Source: Microcystaceae cyanobacterium (GTDB lineage: Bacteria; Cyanobacteriota; Cyanobacteriia; Cyanobacteriales; Microcystaceae). From it: a stretch of 64,000 nucleotides of DNA. A program made the position numbers and the translations under genes. Positions 50,407-60,447 of this stretch are shown here, piece by piece (position 1 is the stretch's first letter; each line of letters opens with the position of its first letter). Under the pieces are notes generated by a model, which did no database searches, had not been told where the DNA came from, and saw nothing but the letters and a program-made list of their open reading frames with translations. The DNA lies in assembly GCA_041746575.1 (NCBI GenBank), contig JBGTGT010000054.1:8020-72019 (forward strand). Reading direction: 5' to 3'.

Positions 50407-51510
50407 TTATCTCGGATTGATATTCTCAAATACTTTAACCATACTTGTCCAAGCGAGTTTAGGATTCAAATCTTGATCTAAGGGTAAAGGTCGCACCGCT
50501 AAACCATCCCGACGGGGACGATGTTTTGATAACCAAGTATAGCGATCGCTCAATCCCCACGTCAAAACGGCAATTACCTCGGATTCATCTAAGACGGTAC
50601 TGAGATACATTTCATAGATATCAGCCACCCGACGATCTCTTTTTGAATAATCAGCCGGTAATCCCTGATCAGATACATCGAGTTCTGTTATCAGGATTTT
50701 TAAGCCCAAGCTAGCAACATCTGACAAAAATTGACGTAATTTTACAGAATTAAAGCGAGTTTCAGCCCCCACTAAATGGGCTTGAAGTCCTAAACCATGA
50801 ATGGGTGTTCCTTTGGCTTTGAGGCGTTCTAGTAGCTTCAAAACAGCATTTCGTCTAGCTTCTTGGTTGGGAGTCTCATAAGCTAAGTCATAGTCGTTAT
50901 AAATTAGCAAGGCATTGGGATCTGCTTCTGAGGCTACTTGAAAGGCAAATTCGATATAATCTTCCCCCAACCATTCTAGCCAAGGACTTTTGCGCAATCC
51001 CCAAGGATGACCATCAGCGATATCAATGGCTTCATTGACCACGTCCCAAGAGTGAATTAACCCTTTATAATGTCCGACAACGGTAGCAATGTGATTTCTT
51101 AAGACTGACTCAGCATTTTGACTATTAACGGTTTCTTTAACCCAATCCGGTAAAAACTTATACCAGACAAGTGTATGACCACGCATTTTTAACTGATGAC
51201 GGGTTGCCCATTCTGCCAACCCATCCCCTTTCCTAAAATCGTATTGATGAGGTTGAGGATGAATTTTGTACCATTTTAGATTATTTTCTGGTGTTAAAAT
51301 GGCGCATTCTTCAATAAAGCGTCGTTGATATTCTCTATCTTGAGAAAGCTTGTTATAAGCTCCCGCAGAACCATAAATCAACCCTTTTGCCGAAGCAGAG
51401 GCTTGTAAGGTATAGGGCTGAGACACTGCTTGTCCCATTGCTGTGGTGGCTAGGGTGACTCCTCCTAGATAAATTGCTTTTCTTCGGGTTATTTGGCGAA
51501 TTTTTGCCAT
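50407..51510 (-). CDS. GH10 endo-glycanase (xylanase-like) with Tat-type signal
   Basis: TRRKAI, TPENNLKW, RGHTLVW, WDVVNE (acid/base), GLQAH and ITELDV (nucleophile). Confidence 0.92.
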   Translation of the reverse strand: MAKIRQITRRKAIYLGGVTLATTAMGQAVSQPYTLQASASAKGLIYGSAGAYNKLSQDREYQRRFIEECAILTPENNLKWYKIHPQPHQYDFRKGDGLAEWATRHQLKMRGHTLVWYKFLPDWVKETVNSQNAESVLRNHIATVVGHYKGLIHSWDVVNEAIDIADGHPWGLRKSPWLEWLGEDYIEFAFQVASEADPNALLIYNDYDLAYETPNQEARRNAVLKLLERLKAKGTPIHGLGLQAHLVGAETRFNSVKLRQFLSDVASLGLKILITELDVSDQGLPADYSKRDRRVADIYEMYLSTVLDESEVIAVLTWGLSDRYTWLSKHRPRRDGLAVRPLPLDQDLNPKLAWTSMVKVFENINPR

Positions 51511-51517
51511 AAAAAAG

Positions 51518-52546
51518 TTAATTTTGAGGACTTGTCTGAGGTTGAGTCGCTTTTATCTGTTGTTGCTGTTGAAGATGACGATTCGTGAGATAACGATTAA
51601 AAATATGCTCCATTTTAGCGATCGCTCTTGCCAATAGACCACTGCCGAATCCGAATGTTAAGCGATGAGCGAGGGGGTAAATAATCGTGCCGTAGCGTCT
51701 CCAGCCCATTTTTTTGTATTTATTCTGAAAATATCCATCTTCTGCCAAATTCCACTTGTCCTGAATCCGCTTTAAACTCGCCAATTGCCACGCATTGCTC
51801 CAGCGCAACATATAAAAGTGTAAATCGGTCCATTCTAAAGGGGGTCCCGGCACATAAGTTACAATCGAGGCAGGTTCAAAATAGACTTTTTCGCCAGCAT
51901 TTCGGACGATCATGCAAAAGTCTAAGTGTTCTTTGGTGTTCATAATGGCTTCATCTAAATATCCCACTTTCTCAAAGATGGAACGACGCACTAAAACACA
52001 ATGAAATTCAGCTAGTTCGGTTTCTGCGCGACTGATTTCACGATAAATTTCTTGGACTTTTTTGCCTTGTTTATACATTTTTTCTTTGAGTCTTCGACGG
52101 CCTAATTGATCTACCCAAATATGGGATTCTCCGCCAGCAAAATGCACAATTTCATGCAAAGGTTTTTCTTGACACATTAAGGGGCCGACAACCGCCGCTT
52201 CGCTTTCTTCTGCACAAGCCACAAGAGATTTTAACCAACCTTTAGTGACAATAACGTCGTTATCCATAAACACTAAATAGGGGGTTTTGACGTGGCTTAG
52301 ACCCAAATTCCGCGCTTGATTCGGGGTTAAATAATAGTCAGTTCGTAAAAGTTGAAAGTTTTTTGCCTGCGCTTGCTGTTGTAAATACTGGTGAACTTTA
52401 TTAGGGGAATTCCCATCCACATAAATTAAATTGAAAGGGATGGTTGTATGTTCATAAATACTTTCTAGAGATTCTTGAGTACAGCTAAAGCGTTCACGGG
52501 GAACAACAACTAGAGTAACTCGGGGTTCTGATTGTAGATTTTTCAT
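51518..52546 (-). CDS. GT2 glycosyltransferase
   Basis: VVVPRE, YVDG, ARNLG, FMDND and EHLD. Confidence 0.85.
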   Translation of the reverse strand: MKNLQSEPRVTLVVVPRERFSCTQESLESIYEHTTIPFNLIYVDGNSPNKVHQYLQQQAQAKNFQLLRTDYYLTPNQARNLGLSHVKTPYLVFMDNDVIVTKGWLKSLVACAEESEAAVVGPLMCQEKPLHEIVHFAGGESHIWVDQLGRRRLKEKMYKQGKKVQEIYREISRAETELAEFHCVLVRRSIFEKVGYLDEAIMNTKEHLDFCMIVRNAGEKVYFEPASIVTYVPGPPLEWTDLHFYMLRWSNAWQLASLKRIQDKWNLAEDGYFQNKYKKMGWRRYGTIIYPLAHRLTFGFGSGLLARAIAKMEHIFNRYLTNRHLQQQQQIKATQPQTSPQN

Positions 52547-52586
52547 TGTCTTCTAAGATGATAAAGTAACAGAATTAAAACTTAAG

Positions 52587-53831
52587 TTAGGGGAACTTTT
52601 TTCCCAATTTAATGACTTGTTCATAAAGAATCACTAATTTATCATTAAGTTTGTCTAAATCATAATTTTTTTCTACGTAATCACGACCTGCTTTGCCCAT
52701 TTTACTCCATTTTTCAGGATGCTGAATTAAGCAGTCCAATTTATTGGCTAAAGCTTCTATATCTCGCTCGGGAACAAGATAGCCGGATACACCATCTTGC
52801 ACTAATTCGGGGATACCACCGTGGTAGGTACTGATCACTGGTAATCCCATCGCCATAGCCTCTTTTAAGACATTAATGGGTGCGTCTTGATTGCCATCTT
52901 TTGCGGTGACGCTCGGTGCAATGAAAAGATGAGATTGCTCTAAAATTTCTTTAATTTCTGTCTCGTTTTTCCAGCCGACTAATTTAATAATATTTTGCAT
53001 TCCTAAGGCTTGAATCAGTCGCTCAAAATCGTATCTGAGTTCCCCATCTCCAATAATGCGATATTCTAAATGAGGGGTGATTTGGGCTTGTTTTGCCACC
53101 GCGCGAATACTATATTCAATCCCTTTTTTTTCTACTAAGCGTCCTGTTGTAACAATCCGAATCGTTTCGTCTTGTTTAAGAAAACGAGGTTGAAAAGTAA
53201 ATTGTTGACAATCTATCCCAGAAAAATGGACTTTAATTAATTCTGCTGGACATCCCAGCGCAATAGCTTTCTGCCGAAAAAATTCGCAATTAGCTAAGAA
53301 AAAGTCCCCTGTTTTAAACAATTTACCATAAATATCTCTCCCTTTTTTGGCAACAAATGTGCTGATATCATAGCCTCTAAAAATCGTGATCAATTTAGCT
53401 TGAGGAGCGTTCATCACTTGAAAAGCCATCGCTCGAAAACTAAGATGACCAAATTGACAATGAATAATATCATAGTTTTTATTAAAATTGGGAATTAAAC
53501 TATACAGCAACCAAAGAAAGAAAGACTGTTTACCGTATTGAAAGATATTTAAGGATTTTGCCGTTTTAAGCGGATCTTGAAGACCAAATTTTAAAATTAG
53601 ATAAATTCCTTTAAAGATTCTCAGGAATAATGCGTCTGGAATAGCAGGAAGATAATAAGTTCTATCTAGTAACTGGTAAGTGTTGACGGCAGAATGAACA
53701 TGAGTGGTATTGCCTTTTTTTTCGGCATAAATATCAACTTCATGACCCCGTTCAATGAGTCCCGTAATTTGATTTAGAATAAAAGTTTCTGATAAAATAG
53801 GGAATTCCCCAACAATAAAGGCAATTTTCAT
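52587..53831 (-). CDS. GT4 glycosyltransferase (WcaL-like)
   Basis: FPILSETFILNQI, GRLVEKKG and KEAMAMG. Confidence 0.92.
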   Translation of the reverse strand: MKIAFIVGEFPILSETFILNQITGLIERGHEVDIYAEKKGNTTHVHSAVNTYQLLDRTYYLPAIPDALFLRIFKGIYLILKFGLQDPLKTAKSLNIFQYGKQSFFLWLLYSLIPNFNKNYDIIHCQFGHLSFRAMAFQVMNAPQAKLITIFRGYDISTFVAKKGRDIYGKLFKTGDFFLANCEFFRQKAIALGCPAELIKVHFSGIDCQQFTFQPRFLKQDETIRIVTTGRLVEKKGIEYSIRAVAKQAQITPHLEYRIIGDGELRYDFERLIQALGMQNIIKLVGWKNETEIKEILEQSHLFIAPSVTAKDGNQDAPINVLKEAMAMGLPVISTYHGGIPELVQDGVSGYLVPERDIEALANKLDCLIQHPEKWSKMGKAGRDYVEKNYDLDKLNDKLVILYEQVIKLGKKFP

Positions 53832-53961
53832 GAGCGGTTACGATGGGTAATAGAGTGATTAAGAAGCGACGTCCTTCGTTGGTAAACCCTTACCTTAATA
53901 TCCTACTTAAATTAAGCATAAAAGCGTTAAGCCGGTTACAGACAGGATGGCTATTTTACGA

Positions 53962-54879
53962 CTATTCCCTTAAGGCAGTACCTCCCAATTGTAAACGGAG
54001 TTTTTCCCAAGCTGAGAGATGACGCACTCCCCAGAAAATCAAAAAAACCATCATTTTTTCATAAATTCCTGACAATCGTTGATCTGAAAAAGTTCGCCGC
54101 GCAAAATTCAAAGGAGGCGTTAAATCTTGAGCCAAACTGGAGAGAAGCTTTATCAAAAATTGTTCTTGAGATTGGGCATTCTTTTTCATTAAATCATAAT
54201 GTCCTCCTGCATAGCGTCTCGTTTTTCGATAAAGGTCTAGAAAAGAAGAGCGAGCCGGGTGATAAATTTTAACGTCCTCTGCGTAAATCAGTTGATACCC
54301 TTTGGCATAAACGCGGTTTCCCCAATCGACATCCCCCCCAGATTTAAGGGCGATATTAAACAAACCTACCTTTTCAAAAATATGTTTCCATGTAAAAACA
54401 TTAGCGGTTGCGCCATAGTGATTTTCTTCGACAAATTGTTGCTGAGGAAGTGCCATTATTTTTTCATAAATTTCGACAGGGTTTAGGGGGCTAGCATGAC
54501 GAAAGAAAATTTCAATTTTGCCTGCTACTAAGCCACCACTTGGATGACTAAGTAACGCTTGAACCCCATTTTCTAACCAGTTAGCTGTCGGGAGACAATC
54601 CGCATCCGTAAAAGCGATTATTTCACCTTTAGCGATGGATAACCCTTGATTTCGCGCGGCATAAGATCCTTGCTTGGCTTCATAGGTATAGTAAGCATGG
54701 AAAAATTGAGACACCACGCTTTCGATAGCTTGCCCTTCATCCGACCCATTATCAACTACAATTACCTCATAATTGCCCGTTGCATAGGATTGTGCTTCTA
54801 AGGCTTCTAGACATTTTTCGAGTCTTTTGGCGTCGTTATAAACGGGAATAATCACCGAAACGAAAGGACAAACACTCAT
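53962..54879 (-). CDS. GT2 glycosyltransferase
   Basis: VSVIIPVYN, VDNGS, FTDAD and SGGDVD. Confidence 0.92.
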   Translation of the reverse strand: MSVCPFVSVIIPVYNDAKRLEKCLEALEAQSYATGNYEVIVVDNGSDEGQAIESVVSQFFHAYYTYEAKQGSYAARNQGLSIAKGEIIAFTDADCLPTANWLENGVQALLSHPSGGLVAGKIEIFFRHASPLNPVEIYEKIMALPQQQFVEENHYGATANVFTWKHIFEKVGLFNIALKSGGDVDWGNRVYAKGYQLIYAEDVKIYHPARSSFLDLYRKTRRYAGGHYDLMKKNAQSQEQFLIKLLSSLAQDLTPPLNFARRTFSDQRLSGIYEKMMVFLIFWGVRHLSAWEKLRLQLGGTALRE

Positions 54880-54978
54880 CGCAATTAATTTAAGATTTGA
54901 GGATGGGGTGAATTGCCCTAATCCAGCGTTTCCCGTGGACTGGACAAGAGGGAAAGGGCAATGTCAGGCAATATTCGA

Positions 54979-56457
54979 TTAGGCCGCAATTTTGGGGTTA
55001 ACAGGCTCAACCCCAGAAGAAGTCGCGGCTTTCGCTTGTTCTTTTGTCACAAAGTCCTCATGATAAGAGCGTTCGGTGTTCACTTTCCACAGATTATGGT
55101 TTGCTCCCATAATATTTTCAGCGGCTAATAAAGCCGATAACATGGAATGATCTTGGTTGTTATAGCGGTGCATCCCGTTGCGTCCGACGGTTTGCAAATT
55201 ATCAAAGGTATCGACATAGTCTTGTAAAACCTTTAAATGCCGCTTATATTCGCCGTCATACACGGGATAGGCTTTTTTCTGCCGAATGACTGTTCCATCT
55301 TCCACTTTGCGGATATCATCTACTAAGCCTAAGTTGACAATTTCCTCACTCGCCAGCCGAATTAAGTCAGCATTGTCCATTTCCCATAAGTCATCCCCTT
55401 GGCTACAGAAATACTCCATACCTAAGCAACTTTTACGAGTATCAGGTACCATTTTCGGACTCCAGTTTTTGAAGTTCTGAATCCGTCCGACTTTGAATTC
55501 GGGGCTGTGAATGTAAATCCAGTTGTCGGGGAAAAGGTGTTCTTGATTAACCACGATTGGCACAATTAGGAAATCTCGGAATTTCAAGCTACGAGCCGCT
55601 TTCAAGACATGATCTGGAGGTAGCGGGTCTAAACGGTGCATTAACGCCGGAATCGGCATGGTATTAATAAATTGATCTCCCGTCACCTCAAAGGTTTCAT
55701 CACCTTTTTTGGCAATAATGCGGGTAATTCGTTGGCCTTCCCGCTCTACCTTAATCACTTCCGTATCTAGCAACACAGGAGAGCCTTGAGCATCGAGTTT
55801 CTCTTGACACCGTTCCCACATCATCCCCGGCCCTAGAATAGGATAATCAAATTCTTTAATCAGGGTTTTGGTGTTATTACTGCCAAATAAAGCATTAATG
55901 ACCGCCTGTTTGAGAGATAACCCTTTAATCCGTTGTGCCGCCCAATCTGCTCGAATTTGCGTACAAGGAATGCCCCAGACTTTCTCGGTATAACTCTTAA
56001 AGAAAGTTTGATACAGTCGTTCTCCAAAGCGATTCGTAACCCATTGCTCAAAATTCTCTTCTTTGGGTAAGGGGCGTACTTTGACTTTGAAATAGCTATA
56101 AAGAATCAATAAACTGTGCAAAATCCCTAAATTGCTCACCGCATTTAAGGGTTCTAAGGGATAATTGAAAAATTTACTGTTATAAAAAATCCGAGACATA
56201 CGCGGCACTTTAATAAAGTCATCCCCTAAGATTTCATACCATAGATGCTGAACTTCGGGAACTTTCGTAAAAAAGCGATGTCCACCAATATCGAAGCGAT
56301 AGCCTTTGTAAGTTTCGGTACGAGAGATACCCCCTACGCGATCGCCTTTTTCGAGGACAACAGAATGCAAGCCATGTTTGGCTAACTGATAAGCGGCCGT
56401 TAAACCGGCTGGACCTCCCCCAATGACAACGGTTGAAGGAAACTGCTGATTATTCAT
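54979..56457 (-). CDS. FAD-dependent oxidoreductase, UDP-galactopyranose mutase-like
   Basis: GGGPAG, DIGGHRFF, YTEKVWG, AYPVY and GRNGMHRYNNQDHS. Confidence 0.75.
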   Translation of the reverse strand: MNNQQFPSTVVIGGGPAGLTAAYQLAKHGLHSVVLEKGDRVGGISRTETYKGYRFDIGGHRFFTKVPEVQHLWYEILGDDFIKVPRMSRIFYNSKFFNYPLEPLNAVSNLGILHSLLILYSYFKVKVRPLPKEENFEQWVTNRFGERLYQTFFKSYTEKVWGIPCTQIRADWAAQRIKGLSLKQAVINALFGSNNTKTLIKEFDYPILGPGMMWERCQEKLDAQGSPVLLDTEVIKVEREGQRITRIIAKKGDETFEVTGDQFINTMPIPALMHRLDPLPPDHVLKAARSLKFRDFLIVPIVVNQEHLFPDNWIYIHSPEFKVGRIQNFKNWSPKMVPDTRKSCLGMEYFCSQGDDLWEMDNADLIRLASEEIVNLGLVDDIRKVEDGTVIRQKKAYPVYDGEYKRHLKVLQDYVDTFDNLQTVGRNGMHRYNNQDHSMLSALLAAENIMGANHNLWKVNTERSYHEDFVTKEQAKAATSSGVEPVNPKIAA

Positions 56458-56513
56458 GAAACTAACTCCAAATCATTAAATATTAAAAACCAAAGAAAAT
56501 AACGCTTAATTTT

Positions 56514-57521
56514 CTAATGAATCAGCGATCGCTGACGTAACCAATGGCGAGTCGTCCCGATGGCAAAGGCCAAGCCACTATAGAAGTAATAAAGCCAGTG
56601 CCAAGGTAGGACTTGTAGGGTAAACAAAACTCCTTTTTTTCGTCTGAAAAATTGATAAACAGGAGCATTCAGCGTAATCAAGCCGATAATTAACAGGGAA
56701 ACCAAAAGCAACAGAGAGGGAAACCAAAAACTGCCTAGTATCGCTACCATCAAGGCGTAGGTAAAAATTACACTGAGACGGCTTGACCATTGCAGATTCA
56801 AATCGTTGACGAAGTGCTTATCCCGATGAATTAATTCCGTCCAAGGTAAGGCGCGATAGAAAAAATCTGCCCTTAAAAGGGAGTAAGGCGTCCAGAGCTT
56901 GAGGTGTTTAACGTGAATATCTTTACAGAGTCGAATGCGATAACCCGCCTTTTTCAGACGATACCCTAATTCAATGTCTTCGATGCAAGGACGACGATAA
57001 CTTTGGTCAAATCCGCCCATTTCCCAGAAAATGTCTCGACGAATGGCCCCACAAGCCCCCCAAAAGGTGGACGCTTCTTCTGAGGCGGTTTGATGAGTGT
57101 AATGATGAAACAGATTTTTGTACTGAGACAGAAAATTGGGCGCACCGGGTTGGTCATCGTAAGAACCGATTAAAGCGGCAACCTCAGGATGATAATGAAA
57201 GACCTTAGCAATTTTTTCAAGAGTATCCGGATGAATTGTCACATCTGCGTCCATAAAAAAGAGAATTTCGCCTTTTGCGATTTCTGCGCCTCGATTTCTA
57301 GCCGTTGCCGGACCTTGACTCACCGCTTGGCGAATGAGCGTCACACCAAAGGTTTCAGCCATTTTTCCTGACCCATCTGTCTCTCCATCGGCTACCACAA
57401 TCACTTCCAAGGGGGAAAGATGGGTATCTTGCAAACTTGCTAAACATTGCCGAAAGGGAGTACCCCCGTTGTAAACCGGGATAATTACAGAAATCAAAGG
57501 AAGTGAGGATGGAAGGTTCAT
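56514..57521 (-). CDS. GT2 glycosyltransferase with C-terminal TM segments (first gene of the cluster)
   Basis: SVIIPVYN, GPATARN, FMDAD and IEDIELG. Confidence 0.92.
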   Translation of the reverse strand: MNLPSSLPLISVIIPVYNGGTPFRQCLASLQDTHLSPLEVIVVADGETDGSGKMAETFGVTLIRQAVSQGPATARNRGAEIAKGEILFFMDADVTIHPDTLEKIAKVFHYHPEVAALIGSYDDQPGAPNFLSQYKNLFHHYTHQTASEEASTFWGACGAIRRDIFWEMGGFDQSYRRPCIEDIELGYRLKKAGYRIRLCKDIHVKHLKLWTPYSLLRADFFYRALPWTELIHRDKHFVNDLNLQWSSRLSVIFTYALMVAILGSFWFPSLLLLVSLLIIGLITLNAPVYQFFRRKKGVLFTLQVLPWHWLYYFYSGLAFAIGTTRHWLRQRSLIH

Positions 57522-57757
57522 AGGGTTACATCTGTGAAAAAAATTACTCTAATGTCGGCTAAATTTCATTGTTAGCTTAACCTGTAAAAGTCAAATTCTG
57601 TGAAAGGTTTTTCTTGAGAAAACGGCATAATTTCGGGTAACTTAACACTTTTTTATAGTTCTGTGTTATTCCTCTAGTTAGAATAGAATTAATCTTTCGT
57701 CAAGGACTCATGGTTCTTTTCCTCAAAATTATTCAGACCCATTATTAAATCAAAAAA

Positions 57758-59449
57758 ATGCTATATTTTATCGCTGTTTGGCTCCTATTATTGCCCCTTT
57801 GTTTGTCTATTGGGTTATGGATTCTAAATATTCTGAAGATTACCGCTTTTTTCCGTTGGGGCGATCGCTTTATCCTAGCCACTTGGTTAGGTATTTTAGC
57901 TTTGTGTATCTCCTATATGACTGTTTCTTTAAGGGTTGCCCTCTCTCCTTGGGTAGGTATTTTGACAGGGACAGTTTGGTTGATTTTTAGCTTATTAAAT
58001 CGTGAGACTCGGAAAGATATTAAACAATTTTATGACCTTTTATCGCCTAAAAGTGTTGTGATTGGCTTTGGATTAGCTATAAGTATTGCTATATTAACGA
58101 CGCAACAAATGATTTGGTTTGATAGTGGTTTATATCACTTAGGTTCTATTCGTTGGTTTGCCCAATTTGGAGCAGTGCCGGGTATCGCTTTAATTGAGAG
58201 TAAGTTAGGTTTCACCTCTTCTTGGTTTGCTTTTTCTGCTCCCTTTGTTTTTACAGAATTGGGCAGTAAAATTGGAGGTATTACAAATGGATTTGCTTTG
58301 TTTTTAATAACTTGTCATTCTTTAATTGGTTGGCATCAATTTTTTCAGCCAAAAAGACAGGTCTCTGATGGCTTTATTGCTTTATTTTTTTTATTATTAA
58401 CCTTCATTTATGTGGGGGAAAATTTAACAGGTTCTCCTGCCATTATTTCTTTTTCTCCCGATGTCCCTGTGGCAATGCTAATTGGCGTAACCGCTTGGGC
58501 AATCTTAAGTGAAGCGTCTGTTCAAAAACCTTTAGTTGTGCTTCTGTTGGCGATTGGCACATTCACCTTGAAAATGTCAGCTTTACCCCTATTGGGTGTG
58601 GGAATTCTTTACTATGTGATTCAACGACGTTGTCAACTTAAACCTGTCTTTTTAAGTGCAGTTTTAGTGATTGTTCTGCTCATTCCAAATTTCTCCGTTG
58701 CCTCTTTAACATCGGGCTGCCCCTTGTTTCCTTCTCAGTTGGTTTGCTGGAATTTACCTTGGACAGTTGCCCAAAAAACAAACCAAAAAGAAATCAAAGC
58801 GATTATTGGCGCACAGAATATTTCTGCAAAAAAATCAGATCGAAAAAAGCAAAGTATAATTTTGGAACTAGCGAAAAAACGCTATCAATGGTTTAAATTA
58901 AACCGTAAACTTCAGTTTACCGTTCTCTTATTTGTAATTAACTTAATATTAGGGATCGTCCTGTTCTTCAATAAAAATCAACCGCAGATAGCGTCAATTC
59001 GATGGTTGATTGTTTTAGGACTGGTGAGTACCAGCTTTATTCTCGTCGCCATTCCCCTCTTGAGATTTGGCATCGGTTATTTTCTAATTATTCCCGTCTT
59101 ATGGGTAATCGTTATTGCCCAACAACAGATAGAATTCTACAGGGCATTTTTTCCGCCTTCCTTAACAAAATGGCTTTATTTTAGTCTCGTGATTGGACTG
59201 ATTTTTGGCTTAGTCATCGGCAATCATCGGAATTTGAAAAATCGCCTATTGTTACCCGAAAATATTCCCAGTTTGCCCCTGAAAACAGCAACTATCAACA
59301 ACGTCACTTATCGTTATCCTAAAAACTTTCAATTACAGTGTTGGGCTGCCGATTTACCTTGCTCCTCTCTACCTATAGAGCAGGAAATTGAACTTCGCAA
59401 CCCTAAAAAAGGTTTGAAAGCTGGATTTAGACTTAAATCTCAAAAATAG
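57758..59449 (+). CDS. Polytopic membrane protein (LIC_10190-like; possible GT-C)
   Basis: About 13 TM segments; WFDSGLYH...PGIAL...LGFTSSWF, SPD and SGCPLFP. Confidence 0.7.
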   Translation: MLYFIAVWLLLLPLCLSIGLWILNILKITAFFRWGDRFILATWLGILALCISYMTVSLRVALSPWVGILTGTVWLIFSLLNRETRKDIKQFYDLLSPKSVVIGFGLAISIAILTTQQMIWFDSGLYHLGSIRWFAQFGAVPGIALIESKLGFTSSWFAFSAPFVFTELGSKIGGITNGFALFLITCHSLIGWHQFFQPKRQVSDGFIALFFLLLTFIYVGENLTGSPAIISFSPDVPVAMLIGVTAWAILSEASVQKPLVVLLLAIGTFTLKMSALPLLGVGILYYVIQRRCQLKPVFLSAVLVIVLLIPNFSVASLTSGCPLFPSQLVCWNLPWTVAQKTNQKEIKAIIGAQNISAKKSDRKKQSIILELAKKRYQWFKLNRKLQFTVLLFVINLILGIVLFFNKNQPQIASIRWLIVLGLVSTSFILVAIPLLRFGIGYFLIIPVLWVIVIAQQQIEFYRAFFPPSLTKWLYFSLVIGLIFGLVIGNHRNLKNRLLLPENIPSLPLKTATINNVTYRYPKNFQLQCWAADLPCSSLPIEQEIELRNPKKGLKAGFRLKSQK

Positions 59450-59672
59450 ACACAATTTTTCCCTTACCCAAGACTTGGAAGTTCACTCAAAGGTGTTTTC
59501 TCCTGTTGCCTAAGCAGAACTATTGCCCTGCTGATATCTTTTTATTTACTTAAGGGATATTCCCTATGGGGGAAATTATTGAACCACCGACAAAGCATAG
59601 CATACAATCTGTTATTCTACAATTGTGAATTTCAAGCAAAAAAATGCAAAAATCCGAAAATTCTTTAGTTTA

Positions 59673-60104
59673 TCATTCTTTTTCCGATGAACCGACTTCT
59701 ACTAGCAATCTAGTGAGATAGTTTAGCCATTTGGCTGCCAAAGGGATTTCCGTAAAAGGAATATCAACCCTCGGTTTTCCCCCAGAAAAGTGAAAACAAA
59801 GGTAGGGTTTTCCCTGAGAGGGAAGGGTGTTAAGGTCAACTATCTGCTCATTTACTCGTAATTCAATATCATCTACGTCCTCTAAAGAAAAGGTTTGTAA
59901 ATTCTTGGGTTTTTCTCGAAAGGGCTTTCCCCAAGTCAAAGAACTTCCTTTTTTGCCCAAAATTGCATAAATATCGTATTTTGCCTGCTCAAAATCCTGC
60001 GCCCATTGCTGATAAGCTTCCACCTTTTGATATTCTTGCCAACCGATCCAAGCTAAGCCGATGAAAAATAGTAACAAAGGTAACCACAATAATCCTTTTT
60101 CCAT
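59673..60104 (-). CDS. Conserved cyanobacterial hypothetical protein, N-terminal TM segment
   Basis: MEKGLLWLPLL...EYQKVEAY..WA...AKYDIYA...IPFTEIPLAAKW. Confidence 0.75.
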   Translation of the reverse strand: MEKGLLWLPLLLFFIGLAWIGWQEYQKVEAYQQWAQDFEQAKYDIYAILGKKGSSLTWGKPFREKPKNLQTFSLEDVDDIELRVNEQIVDLNTLPSQGKPYLCFHFSGGKPRVDIPFTEIPLAAKWLNYLTRLLVEVGSSEKE

Positions 60105-60447
60105 GATCTAATTACTTCATAATTCAAATTCGCCTTTAAGAATTTATTATCTCTGATCGCTGAATCGAATTATTAACCCTTAAGGATTAATCCTAAATTC
60201 TGTTTTAGGATACCGATGCGAAATAAAAAAGTTTAGACAGGAGTGTTTGACGCAGAAGAAGGCAACCGTTATGATACCGCTTTCTCAGACCCATTTGCCT
60301 GCATTTCCCCGATCCTCATTTGCCTTAGGTCACTTCACCTCGTTAGAATTCAACTTTGATGAAGTCAGTAGGGAAATCCTGCGCTGTCATTGACTACGAT
60401 TCCGCGATAGAATCTCATTAAACTCTACTTTAGACTGATCGTTTACT

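Noticed and set aside
60271..60393. 40-codon ORF upstream of DUF3318
   Set aside because: No clear RBS or recognisable motif; cannot be distinguished from chance.
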